From the IMG/VR virus record IMGVR_UViG_2687453145_000002, positions 52,166-116,165 of that record: a stretch of 64,000 nt of DNA; one strand, 5' to 3'. Made by a program: the position numbers and the translations under genes. The DNA comes from a virus (lineage: Duplodnaviria; Caudoviricetes). This document shows, in pieces, positions 33,264 to 42,324 of the stretch. Positions within the stretch are counted from its first letter, which is position 1, and every line of letters starts with the position of its first letter. The notes under the pieces are model-generated. The model saw only the letters and a program-made list of their open reading frames with translations, was not told the DNA's origin and searched no databases.

Positions 33264-33961
33264 CCCACGCTATCGAAATGGCTCTGCGCCTTTTCTCGCC
33301 GAAAGGGGCGCTCCATGAGCCCGCCGCCGGCAGGCAGTTCAATGCTCTGGGCCGGGACGAGTTTATCGGCGCCCTGCAGGTTGCCGCAAAGAGCAACCCG
33401 CAAGGGCTCCAGTTCCTCATGGCCGACCACCTGGGGGACGAGCAGGCACTGGCGTCATTGCTGGCACACTTCAGCACCACGCTGGGCAGCGAAGAGGCCG
33501 GTGGTATGGCGCTCGCTATTCTGCTGCGCCGGCCTCTGCCTGAGCAGATGGATCAGCTGGTACTGTCTCACCCGCACTATGACAAGGAGCGCCGCCGGGC
33601 CGCCGTGGTGATGGAGAAGGCCAAGCGAGCTCACCGCGGTGGCAATGACCACGAGTACCAGCGCCTTCTGGCCGAGCGTAACGAGATCCTGCAGTTGGCA
33701 CGCGACCACTGTGTCGCCGAGATGCTGCGGTCTGGTCGTTGTCCTCACTGCAAGGGAACCGGGATCCGCCCTCGCAAGGGTGACGACTGCCCGAAGTGCC
33801 ACGGCACCGGGCGAGTGGTGCCCCATGCCGATATGGTCGCGCGCCGCTTCGGGCAGGAGATGCGGCAGGCCGTAGAGCGTGCTGTTGATGAGGTGATCCA
33901 CCAAGCGTCAGACTTGTCCAAACTCATGGACCGGCAGGTGAGGGAGATGCGAGCGGCTTAG
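33260..33961 (+). CDS. Q: Q-like late antiterminator with zinc finger
   Basis: FSPKG N-terminus, CPHCKGTG/CPKCHGTG, last nin-region gene. Confidence 0.8.
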   Translation: MTHAIEMALRLFSPKGALHEPAAGRQFNALGRDEFIGALQVAAKSNPQGLQFLMADHLGDEQALASLLAHFSTTLGSEEAGGMALAILLRRPLPEQMDQLVLSHPHYDKERRRAAVVMEKAKRAHRGGNDHEYQRLLAERNEILQLARDHCVAEMLRSGRCPHCKGTGIRPRKGDDCPKCHGTGRVVPHADMVARRFGQEMRQAVERAVDEVIHQASDLSKLMDRQVREMRAA

Positions 33962-34104
33962 GAAGGAATATCACACCCCATGCTATGGGATGCTTTGATG
34001 AAGACAAAATTCAAATCTAATGGGGTGTGGTATAACTGTATGAATATTTTGTATTTTTATGTTTTTCCTTGTTCCTGGGTAGCACTGGCAGTGCCATAAT
34101 AGGG

Positions 34105-34133
34105 TTGACGGCTAGGTCATCATTGGCCATCAT
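34105..34133 (+). promoter_or_regulatory. Promoter for a candidate antisense RNA (~34140-34372)
   Basis: TTGACG-17-CATCAT followed at once by hairpin 34141-34175. Confidence 0.45.
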
Positions 34134-34187
34134 TCCGGCTACACCATTGACTTACGAATCGTGAGTCCAAGGTGTTAAAAAAGGGCC

Positions 34188-34421
34188 CTAAGGCCCTTGG
34201 ATGTTGATGATTACCTCCTTAATTTGCTCTATAGCATCTAAAACAAGCCTGCCAAGTTTGAACAGTGCGCTGGCTAGTTTGAGGAGTGATTCAAGTGATT
34301 GGGCTATTGCGAGTAGCCTATCAGTCAGTTTCGAAGACCCTGCAGTTACTAGCTGTGGGGTCTTCGCATTCTCGGCCGAAGCCGCACTTCGTCGCCCTAT
34401 CGAGCGTCTTGATTTCGCCAT
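34188..34421 (-). CDS. 77-aa protein, basic N-terminus and amphipathic C-terminal helix
   Basis: AAGGAG SD; the stop lies in a terminator-like stem 34177-34198. Confidence 0.55.
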   Translation of the reverse strand: MAKSRRSIGRRSAASAENAKTPQLVTAGSSKLTDRLLAIAQSLESLLKLASALFKLGRLVLDAIEQIKEVIINIQGP

Positions 34422-34470
34422 GACGTTTCTCCTTGCACGGCGGTGGATAAATTTTCTTGTATAGCATCAT
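34321..34470 (-). CDS. Overlapping upstream ORF (49 aa, 4 Cys)
   Basis: AAGGAG SD; MMLYKKIYPPPCKEKRHGEIKTLDRATKCGFGRECEDPTASNCRVFETD. Confidence 0.4.
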   Translation of the reverse strand: MMLYKKIYPPPCKEKRHGEIKTLDRATKCGFGRECEDPTASNCRVFETD

Positions 34471-34530
34471 CCAATCTCTCCTTTCTGATACCTATTCAAC
34501 ATCGCTGAGCTTAGGTTTTTTGAGCCGCAA

Positions 34531-34634
34531 GCCCAATATATAGTGTTGATTTGAATTCGAACTACAAGATAGTGAGGTCGTCGTGGCATTGCAATCTGTG
34601 GATAACGCATAGGCTGTGGATAAATTGTGGATTC
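34531..34634 (-). promoter_or_regulatory. nrdA-like promoter with DnaA boxes and NrdR-like boxes
   Basis: TTATCCACA at 34597-34605 and 34615-34623; TTGCAA-17-TATCTT; ACACTATATATTGGGC at 34546-34531. Confidence 0.7.
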
Positions 34635-34914
34635 TCGGACTTGTGTTAGTGGCCGCTCACAGTGAGTGGGTTTTCATCCGTCCGATCCGGCAAATGCAAG
34701 TCCGATGATCGAAGATGGAAAATTTAGATAACTTTTTTTACTTGCGAAAACGTGGTGTTTTTCATGGTTGAGTTTATCTGTATGCCCTGTTACGCAAGGG
34801 ATACAGGGAAAATGAGTCCACTGTCAGCTAGTCTGCTTTCTGTGAGCCGAGTAGTATCTCGGAGTTCAGGCCAGATTCGAGACCTTGACATTCATTTTTC
34901 ATTAGGCGGGATGC

Positions 34915-35259
34915 ATGGAAAGCAAGCTGAAACCTATCGCCCTACAAGTCGCCGGTTGGGGGCTGCTCCAGGGCGATTTCTTTGACTTTCACGAGGTGGC
35001 AGAACGGCTGGGTGTCCCTGCTGAGGTGTCCCGCGAGGCGGTCATTTATCTCCGGTCACTCCGCTATGTGGAGACGCTGGCGGAGTCGAGAAGCTGCAAG
35101 CGTGAGGTGGGCAAGAGAAGCTCAAAGCGAGTGTTTATCAAGGTCCTGGCCATCCACCCCGAACCGCCTCAAGGTTCACAATCTTTCAAGCTCAATGTCC
35201 TGCACTCAAAGTTGGCCCGCCTTTCCAAGGCTATGCCTTCACCTCGGGGAGCTCGCTGA
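34915..35259 (+). CDS. CaiF/GrlA-family transcriptional regulator
   Basis: [11 protein letters not shown]...VAERLGV...VIYL...[10 protein letters not shown]. Confidence 0.65.
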   Translation: MESKLKPIALQVAGWGLLQGDFFDFHEVAERLGVPAEVSREAVIYLRSLRYVETLAESRSCKREVGKRSSKRVFIKVLAIHPEPPQGSQSFKLNVLHSKLARLSKAMPSPRGAR

Positions 35260-36511
35260 TGCAGGTGGTGTAGCGGGGGCTGAGCTGCTCCCGTTTCATC
35301 ATCCACTCCCGGGTATCCCGGCCCCGGGCCGCGAAGTAGACCTTTCCCAACCGCCCCTGATTGATCTTGTCGATGACCTGCATCAGTGCCTCACTGCGGG
35401 GCGATTGCTGCTTCGCTGCGAACAGGTCGCCCTGCTGCATGTCGGCTGGGGTAAAGTCGGCCAGCATGACGCCGCCCTTCTGATATCGCTGTTCGTCGCG
35501 CCAGATGTGGGGAAGTAGTTGGGGGATCAGGGCCAGCAGCGCCCGTGTGTCATTGGTGGGCATCGCCAACTTGGTGCTCACCTGGTTGCCGTAGTAGGGT
35601 TCGCGGTCGCTGAACGGGCTGGTGCGGATGAACAGGGTGACGTGGCGGCAGCACATCCCTTCCCCTCTGAGCTTCTCGGCCGCCCGCTCCATGTAGCCGG
35701 CCAGCGCCTGGTGCATGGGGCCGATCTGGGTGATGCGCTCGCCGAAGCTCCGGCTGCAGATGATCTGCTGCTTGGCCTGGGCCTCTTGCTCCAACTCGGC
35801 GCAGGGGATCCCTCGCAGCTCCTGCACGGTGCGCTCCACGACTACGCCATACCGGCGGCGGAGGCTCTTCGGGTCAGCGGCAACCAGGTCGGCCACGGTC
35901 TTGATGTCCTGGGCCTCCAGCTTGGCGGTGAGCCGCCGACCAATGCCCCATATCTCTTCCACCGGAGTGATCGCCATCAGCCGGGCGCGCCGCGCTTCAT
36001 CCCGCAGATCCACCACGCCCCCGGTGGCCGGCCACTTCTTGGCGGCGTAGTTCGCTAATTTCGCGAGCGTCTTGGTGGGGCCGATGCCGACCCCAACGAC
36101 CAGCCCGGTCCACTGCTGCACCCGTTCGCGAATCTGGCGGCCATAGGCCACCAGGTCGCCCGCCCAGGACTCGCTCAGTTCGATGAAAGCCTCGTCGATG
36201 CTGTAGACCTCCACCGCCGGGGCCATCCCCTCCAGAATGGTCATCACCCGGTTCGACATGTCGCCATAGAGGGCATAGTTGCTGGAGAACCAGACCCCGC
36301 CCATGGCCTCGAAGAACTGGCGGATCTGGAAGTAGGGCACGCCCATCTTGATGCCGAGCGCCTTGGCCTCTGCAGAACGGGCAACGACGCAGCCGTCGTT
36401 GTTGGAGAGCACGACGATGGGCCGCCCCTTCAAATCAGGCCGGAACAGCCGCTCGCAGGAGGCGTAGAAGTTGTTCACATCGACCAGAGCCACGGCGCAG
36501 CTCTTGTTCAT
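35231..36511 (-). CDS. umuC: DNA polymerase V catalytic subunit
   Basis: [33 protein letters not shown]. Confidence 0.97.
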   Translation of the reverse strand: MNKSCAVALVDVNNFYASCERLFRPDLKGRPIVVLSNNDGCVVARSAEAKALGIKMGVPYFQIRQFFEAMGGVWFSSNYALYGDMSNRVMTILEGMAPAVEVYSIDEAFIELSESWAGDLVAYGRQIRERVQQWTGLVVGVGIGPTKTLAKLANYAAKKWPATGGVVDLRDEARRARLMAITPVEEIWGIGRRLTAKLEAQDIKTVADLVAADPKSLRRRYGVVVERTVQELRGIPCAELEQEAQAKQQIICSRSFGERITQIGPMHQALAGYMERAAEKLRGEGMCCRHVTLFIRTSPFSDREPYYGNQVSTKLAMPTNDTRALLALIPQLLPHIWRDEQRYQKGGVMLADFTPADMQQGDLFAAKQQSPRSEALMQVIDKINQGRLGKVYFAARGRDTREWMMKREQLSPRYTTCISELPEVKA

Positions 36512-36930
36512 GGCGCGGGCATCTTGTGGATGACGAAGGTAACCACACCGAAGATCTCCAAGTGCTGCCCGTCACTGAAGTGGATGGGGCGATAGGCCGG
36601 GTTCCCTGGTAAGAGGCAGACTGAGGGGCTGAGCTGGAGCTGCTTCACAGTGAACTCGCCATCTACGGCCGCAACAACCACGCTGCCATGCACTGGCTTG
36701 CTGCTGCGGTCTACGACCAGCATGTCACCATCGTGGATCCCGTGCTCTACCATGCTGTCCCCGGCAGCCCGAACGTAATAAGTCGCGGCCGGGTGCGCTA
36801 TGCATAGCTGGTTCAGGTCGATGGTCTGTTCCACATAGTCCTGGGCGGGGGACGGGAAGCCACAGGCGGCAGGAGAGAGGAACAACGGGATTTCCAACGC
36901 TGGGGCGTCGAGGTCGGGAACTGCAAACAT
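36508..36930 (-). CDS. umuD: DNA polymerase V subunit UmuD
   Basis: [18 protein letters not shown]. Confidence 0.97.
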   Translation of the reverse strand: MFAVPDLDAPALEIPLFLSPAACGFPSPAQDYVEQTIDLNQLCIAHPAATYYVRAAGDSMVEHGIHDGDMLVVDRSSKPVHGSVVVAAVDGEFTVKQLQLSPSVCLLPGNPAYRPIHFSDGQHLEIFGVVTFVIHKMPAP

Positions 36931-36948
36931 GGTTTTAGGCTCACAATG

Positions 36949-36964
36949 CTGTATATAAACACAG
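36949..36964. promoter_or_regulatory. LexA (SOS) box
   Basis: CTGTATATAAACACAG upstream of umuD. Confidence 0.92.
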
Positions 36965-37053
36965 TATAACGATACCCATGGCGAAGATCACCGTGGAGCG
37001 ATTGGCTCCGGATTCGGGTAATATCGGCAGGTGCCCTATGCGTGGAGTCGCCA

Positions 37054-37251
37054 ATGTCATTCAATCTGTGCTCCCTGCCGAAAGACGAGCAGGAGAAGGT
37101 CGAGGTAGAGAAGGCCGCCGCCTATGCGGTATGGAAGGAAAGGAACCCCGAGATCAAGATCCCAGCCGAGAGCGAGGCCGGGAACTACAAGGGGGAGATG
37201 CAGGCCTACTTCCTGCAGCGGGTAGAGCAGTATCGGAAAAACATACGATGA
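37054..37251 (+). CDS. DNA polymerase III theta-like protein (HolE/Hot family)
   Basis: NLCSLPKDEQEKVEVEKAAAYAVWKERN...YFLQRV resembles theta. Confidence 0.75.
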   Translation: MSFNLCSLPKDEQEKVEVEKAAAYAVWKERNPEIKIPAESEAGNYKGEMQAYFLQRVEQYRKNIR

Positions 37252-37380
37252 AATGGCAATATTAGTAGTGTGTGCATTGAACCTGAAATATGTTTGTAAC
37301 ATTAGATAAAATGCGAGCGATATGATAAAAATCATGTCATTAAAATTATAAGTATTATCGGTAAAACTGCTAGGAGAATT

Positions 37381-38079
37381 ATGGGGTTCTTAGGTTTTAT
37401 GAATTCACAAGTGGGCTTATTGGTTATTGATAAGCTATTAATTGGAGCGATACTGTTACTTGTTGGATATCAAGTCAGTAAAATGCTTGAGAGGTACAAA
37501 AGCGGACAAGCATTTTCTGATGAATTTCAAAAGCAAAAGGTTGTGAGGTTAACTGCTGTTTGTGATTCGTTGGCAGAGTTTGAGATCATGGTACTTCATT
37601 CCCCATACAGGTTTAGTGACATACTAGTAAGGGAGATGAGGAAGCATGGCATCGAAAACGTTCCTGAGTTAGGTCAGAGTATTTCATTCGATGAGGCTAG
37701 AGATATAATTATAATGGCATTTCAAAAATTGGGAAAAGAGGCCGTAGATGCTGTTGTAAAGAAAGATTTTATGCCATATGTCGATAGCTTAAATAAAATT
37801 GTTGAGTCATCATCAGTATTGATGGGGAAGAATCGATTTTGGATAGATGAGCAAATTTATGTTATGTTGCGGAGTTATCATGGCAAACTATCTTCGTACA
37901 ATAAGGATATATATTGCCTGAAAGATGATGCAAAAGAACGTTATGAACGGGCGCGTGATGAGTTAAATTCTAACAGGGATGAAATAAAAAATGCAATCAA
38001 CGCTGCAATGGATGGTGGGGTTAAAATGAAAGCTTTAGCCCGTGAGACCCTAGGTTCGAAAAGGGGCTGGAAGTGGTAG
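37381..38079 (+). CDS. Low-GC moron: N-terminal TM helix plus helical domain, unknown function
   Basis: AGGAG SD, AT-rich leader, 232 aa. Confidence 0.8.
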   Translation: MGFLGFMNSQVGLLVIDKLLIGAILLLVGYQVSKMLERYKSGQAFSDEFQKQKVVRLTAVCDSLAEFEIMVLHSPYRFSDILVREMRKHGIENVPELGQSISFDEARDIIIMAFQKLGKEAVDAVVKKDFMPYVDSLNKIVESSSVLMGKNRFWIDEQIYVMLRSYHGKLSSYNKDIYCLKDDAKERYERARDELNSNRDEIKNAINAAMDGGVKMKALARETLGSKRGWKW

Positions 38080-38098
38080 CCTTCATCTAAATGAAGAG

Positions 38099-38203
38099 TT
38101 GAAAGCCCAACCTCATAGCGTTAGCATCTATCAAAGATGGCCAGAGTCCCCGTGACCCTGGCCTTTTTCATTTCTGGCCCGCCTCGTGCGGGCTTTGTCG
38201 TTT
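38099..38203 (+). promoter_or_regulatory. Late promoter, pause-like element and two terminators before the holin
   Basis: TTGAAA-17(AGCGT)-TAGCAT, AAAGAT, GGCCAG...CTGGCC-TTTTT, GCCCGC...GCGGGC-TTT. Confidence 0.7.
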
Positions 38204-38214
38204 CTGGAGGGGCG

Positions 38215-38529
38215 ATGACGCCTGACAAGGATCCACAGAACTACAGCGTGCTCGCCTATCTGGCATTCGGCGGGCTGAGCGTATGGGGAGGGCTTGTGAC
38301 CTACATACAGACGGTGAAACGCGAGGGAAGGCAGTTCCGATGGGCCGAGGCGCTGCTGCAGGTGGTGGTGTCAGGGTTCGCCGGGATGTTGACCATGCTG
38401 CTGAGCTGGTACATCGCAGCCCCGCTCCCGTTGTGCGGCTTCATGGCTGGCCTGGCAGGCTTGATGGGGTCGAAAGCACTGGAGCTGTACGAACGCCGGG
38501 CAACCGGCTGGATGGGAGGGAGGGAGTGA
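38215..38529 (+). CDS. Holin
   Basis: MTPDKDP..., three TM segments, precedes the endolysin. Confidence 0.88.
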   Translation: MTPDKDPQNYSVLAYLAFGGLSVWGGLVTYIQTVKREGRQFRWAEALLQVVVSGFAGMLTMLLSWYIAAPLPLCGFMAGLAGLMGSKALELYERRATGWMGGRE

Positions 38530-39011
38530 TGGTGAAAATGCGCTGGGTAGATGAAGCCCGTAGGCATATCGGGTTGACGGAGATTAAGGGGCCCCAACAC
38601 AACCCCGAGATCGTGGCGATGTGGAAAGCAATCAAGCGGGGCGGCATCCGTGATGATGAAACCCCGTGGTGTGCTGCCTTTGTCGGGGCGTGCTTGGAGC
38701 GGGTCGGCATTCAGTCCACCCGGTTCGAGGGGGCGCGCTCCTATGCCTCCTGGGGGGAGAAGCTGGAAAAGCCGGTGGCAGGCTGCGTAGTGGTGTTCTC
38801 CCGGGATGGTGGCGGGCATGTCGGGTTCGTAGTGGGGCAGGACAAGGCTGGCAATCTGCTGGTATTGGGCGGCAACCAAGCTGACGCGGTGAACGTGAAG
38901 GCGTTCCCTCGCTCCCGGGTAACCGCATACCGCTGGCCCGCCGGTGAGCCGAAGCCTGTGGGGGAACTGCCTGTGATGGCTGCGGCAGAGTTCTCGAAGT
39001 CCGAGGCATAG
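38529..39011 (+). CDS. TIGR02594-type CHAP/NlpC-P60 endolysin
   Basis: DETPWCAAFV, GGGHVGFV, LGGNQ. Confidence 0.88.
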   Translation: MVKMRWVDEARRHIGLTEIKGPQHNPEIVAMWKAIKRGGIRDDETPWCAAFVGACLERVGIQSTRFEGARSYASWGEKLEKPVAGCVVVFSRDGGGHVGFVVGQDKAGNLLVLGGNQADAVNVKAFPRSRVTAYRWPAGEPKPVGELPVMAAAEFSKSEA

Positions 39012-39064
39012 GCGCAAGCCTTGCCAATATCGCCGGGTAACCGGTAACAGCAGAGGAGAGCGCG

Positions 39065-39289
39065 ATGGAACACATCGTTGAGGTGGTCATCAACTGGATT
39101 GTCATCCTGATGGCTGTAGTGGGCGGCGCGTCCATGGTGGTGCAGGGGCTGGCCAAGGTCGCGGCCATCACCCCGTCCACCCGGGACGATGAGGTGATCG
39201 GGAAGGTGCAGGCCTTCTTGGTTGGCCTGACCAAGGTGCTGGACAAGCTGGCTATGAACCTGCCGGCTGAGAAAGCCAGGAAGCAATAA
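39065..39289 (+). CDS. Lysis-region membrane protein
   Basis: TM segment then TPSTRDD and an amphipathic helix. Confidence 0.75.
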   Translation: MEHIVEVVINWIVILMAVVGGASMVVQGLAKVAAITPSTRDDEVIGKVQAFLVGLTKVLDKLAMNLPAEKARKQ

Positions 39290-39290
39290 C

Positions 39291-39521
39291 ATGAACAGCT
39301 TGCTCCAACTGCTCGACATTCTAACGGCCCTTCTGGGCCGTTGGCTTAAGCGGGAGAGGGCAAGGGAGGTGCAGGAAAGCCATGACAAGAATCATGCGGA
39401 CCCACAGGGGCGTTTTGCTGAGCGTTTCGGTGCTGCTTCTGGCCAGTTGTCAGACAGCTCCAAGCCAAACAGCGAACTGCCCGCCACCCACACCCAGGCT
39501 GACATGGAACCCCGCCGCTAA
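39291..39521 (+). CDS. Possible i-spanin (Rz-like)
   Basis: Leu-rich N-terminus; overlapped by a lipoprotein gene. Confidence 0.5.
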   Translation: MNSLLQLLDILTALLGRWLKRERAREVQESHDKNHADPQGRFAERFGAASGQLSDSSKPNSELPATHTQADMEPRR

Positions 39522-39600
39522 TGGCGGGGTTTGTCTTTCTGGGGAATCCACAGCCGACCTACTGGACTATCTCGATGCACTGGAGCGATGCGGTGGTTAA
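39382..39600 (+). CDS. Lipoprotein, probable o-spanin (Rz1-like)
   Basis: LLLASC lipobox, Pro-rich, overlapping frame. Confidence 0.65.
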   Translation: MTRIMRTHRGVLLSVSVLLLASCQTAPSQTANCPPPTPRLTWNPAANGGVCLSGESTADLLDYLDALERCGG

Positions 39601-39754
39601 TGGCATTACCGTGACCGGGGTGATCTCCAACGTGGTGGAGTATGACGGCATTCATGCCCTGGTCGTCCTGAATACCGGCGTCTCCGTCGTGGTACCGGCA
39701 ACCCATGAGCCTGTACCTGGTGATGCCATCGTTGAAGGCGAGTTATCTCTCTAA
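39593..39754 (+). CDS. Small beta-rich hypothetical protein
   Basis: GTG after GGAG; abuts terS. Confidence 0.55.
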   Translation: MVNGITVTGVISNVVEYDGIHALVVLNTGVSVVVPATHEPVPGDAIVEGELSL

Positions 39755-40627
39755 ATGGCAAAGACCGACTGGGCACAGCTCAATGCAGAGTTCCTGCAGG
39801 AGCATGAAGCGACAGGCATCAGTGCGAAAGACTGGTGTGACAGCCGCGGCCTGAACTACAACTCGGCGCGTCGCTATTTGAAATCTCGGGGGCAATCCCC
39901 TGCGCAACCTGACAAATCTCGCGTAGCTGCGCAATCTGCGCATTCCGAAGTGCGCAAAACTGCGCAATCTGCGCAAAGTGCGCAAACCAAGGGGAATGAG
40001 GCCAAGGCCAAAGGGGGAGAGCGAAGAGGGGAGAAGTCCTCCTCATCCACTCAATCCCAGCCCGAGCCTGAGCAGACCTCGAAAAACAAAGGGCGGGATG
40101 GTGCTGGCCGGTTCGTCCGGGGCGAGTACGAGGGCAACCCTAACCCGCCAGCCAACATCAAGCCCGGCATGCAGATTGCCAAGACCCATGGCGGTTATGC
40201 CAAGTACCTCGATGCCGAGGAGCTGTTCGACCAGGCTCGCGAGCTGCAACTGCGCGACGAGCTGGACTTCACCCGGGCTCGCGTCATTTCCGTCACCAAG
40301 CTGCTCAAGGGGCTGCAGCAGGACCTGGTCACCGCCACCGAGATGACCGACCGGATCGCGCTCTACGACAAGATCCTGAAAGCCGAGCAGGCCCTCGACC
40401 GCAACATCCAGCGGATTGAGTCTATCGAGCGGACCCTGAGCGCCCTTCGCATCGACGAGGTAAGTGTGCCGAAGATTGAGGAGGACACTCGCCGGATCCG
40501 GGCTGCTGCGCGCAAGCTGACCGCCGAAGCGGATAGGCTGGAGAAGGATGGTGGCAGCGAGGCCACCCCGGTCAGCGAGATGGTTTCCGAGCTCCACGAC
40601 ATGGGGACAGGGGGGCTGATGTCATGA
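39755..40627 (+). CDS. terS: Terminase small subunit
   Basis: N-terminal HTH, AKTHGGYAKY, precedes terL. Confidence 0.85.
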   Translation: MAKTDWAQLNAEFLQEHEATGISAKDWCDSRGLNYNSARRYLKSRGQSPAQPDKSRVAAQSAHSEVRKTAQSAQSAQTKGNEAKAKGGERRGEKSSSSTQSQPEPEQTSKNKGRDGAGRFVRGEYEGNPNPPANIKPGMQIAKTHGGYAKYLDAEELFDQARELQLRDELDFTRARVISVTKLLKGLQQDLVTATEMTDRIALYDKILKAEQALDRNIQRIESIERTLSALRIDEVSVPKIEEDTRRIRAAARKLTAEADRLEKDGGSEATPVSEMVSELHDMGTGGLMS

Positions 40628-42324
40628 CTGTTCCCATCGACGCATCTTCCATGACTGAGCAAGAGCAGATGGCCTACATCCGTTCGAAGCTCAGCGATAA
40701 GTGGTGGCGGATGAACAACCTCTACATGATCGAGAACGAGCAGGGCCAGCTGGTACGATTTCGGCTGCGCCCAGCACAGGAGCTGCTGTTCCGGACCATG
40801 TGGTACCTGAACATCATCCTCAAGGCGCGCCAGCTTGGGTTTTCCACCGCCATCGACATCTATCTGCTGGACGAGGCGCTGTTCAACAAGAACCTCAAGT
40901 GCGGGATCATCGCCCAGGACCTGACGGCCGCCGGCGAGATCTACCGCACCAAGATTGAAGTCCCGTTCGATAACCTGCCGGGCTGGCTCAAGGCCCAGTT
41001 CAAGGTGGTGACCCGGCGTGGCGGGGCGAATGGCGGACACATCCTGTTCCGGCATGGCTCCAGCATCCAGGTGGCTACCTCGTTCCGGTCCGGTACCGTC
41101 CAGCGCCTGCATGTCTCCGAGCACGGGAAGATCTGCGCCAAGTATCCCGAGAAGGCCAAGGAGGTGCGTACCGGTACCCTGCAGGCAATCCACCCGGGCG
41201 CCGTGGCCTTCATCGAATCAACAGCGGAAGGCGTGGGCGGCGACTTCCATGCCATGAGCATGAAGTCCCTCGAGCTGGCCCGGGCCTCCGGTGAGCTCAG
41301 CCAGCTCGACTGGAAGTTCCACTTCTTCGCCTGGTGGCAGGACCCCAAGTATCGTGCCGACGTGCCGGCATCCGGCGTGGTGATGAGCAAGACCCAGGCG
41401 GAGTATTTCGCCGCGGTCGAGAAGGCGATGGGTTGCACCATTACCGACGAGCAGCGGCAGTGGTACGTGCTGAAAGAGTCCACTCTGGGCGCCGAGATGA
41501 AGCAAGAGTTCCCCAGCACGCCGCTGGAGGCCTTCCTGACCTCTGGGCGCCGGGTGTTCGACCCCATCCATACCATGGATGCAGAGGGCGATTGCATGGC
41601 CCCGCTCATCGTCTACGACATCGACCCGGTCACTGGCAGGCGTGAGAAGGCCCGCAAGCCAGAGAAGCTGGACGAGCGTGGCCAGCGCTCCCTCGAGAAC
41701 ATGTTGCTGGTCTGGGAGTTGCCAGACCCCGACGAGGATTACGCCATCGGCGCCGACGTGGCGGAAGGGCTGGAGCACGGTGACCGTTCAAGCCTCGATG
41801 TGACTGCCAAGAGCGACGGACGGCAGGTGGCCCACTGGTTCGGGCACCTCGATCCCGGGTTGTTTGCCCAGCTGCTGGCCCACGTCGGCCGCTTCTATGG
41901 TACTGCAGAGCATGGCCCGGCCTACATCGGCCCGGAGCGCAACAACCACGGTCACGCCGTGCTGCTCAAGCTCCGTGAAATCTACCCGACCCGGCGGATC
42001 TACACCCAGGAGCACCTCGACCGGGACCGCGACGACGAGACGCCACGCCTCGGCTGGCTCACCACCCGGCAGTCCAAGCCGATCTTGGTTGATGGCCTCA
42101 AGGCCCTGCTGCGTGCTGGGCAGTCCGGGATCCGCTGGATAGGCACCATTCACGAGGCAACCACCTACGTCTACGACAAGAGCGGCAGCATGAACGCCCA
42201 GGACGGCTGCTACGACGACCAGCTGATGAGCTACATGATTGCCCAAGAGATGCGCGCCCGGATGCCGGCCCGCATCGTCAAATCCGAAACCTCCCGCAAA
42301 CCCAAGCACTGGATGGCCAACTGA
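40624..42324 (+). CDS. terL: Terminase large subunit
   Basis: ILKARQLGFST, HVSE, IESTAEG, IGADVAEG, YDDQLMS. Confidence 0.96.
   Translation: MTVPIDASSMTEQEQMAYIRSKLSDKWWRMNNLYMIENEQGQLVRFRLRPAQELLFRTMWYLNIILKARQLGFSTAIDIYLLDEALFNKNLKCGIIAQDLTAAGEIYRTKIEVPFDNLPGWLKAQFKVVTRRGGANGGHILFRHGSSIQVATSFRSGTVQRLHVSEHGKICAKYPEKAKEVRTGTLQAIHPGAVAFIESTAEGVGGDFHAMSMKSLELARASGELSQLDWKFHFFAWWQDPKYRADVPASGVVMSKTQAEYFAAVEKAMGCTITDEQRQWYVLKESTLGAEMKQEFPSTPLEAFLTSGRRVFDPIHTMDAEGDCMAPLIVYDIDPVTGRREKARKPEKLDERGQRSLENMLLVWELPDPDEDYAIGADVAEGLEHGDRSSLDVTAKSDGRQVAHWFGHLDPGLFAQLLAHVGRFYGTAEHGPAYIGPERNNHGHAVLLKLREIYPTRRIYTQEHLDRDRDDETPRLGWLTTRQSKPILVDGLKALLRAGQSGIRWIGTIHEATTYVYDKSGSMNAQDGCYDDQLMSYMIAQEMRARMPARIVKSETSRKPKHWMAN

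Noticed and set aside
33970-34052. Long inverted repeat after Q and LexA-like half site CTGTATGAATATTTTG
   Set aside because: The right half lacks ACAG; the hairpin is real but has no U-tract or other support for a function.
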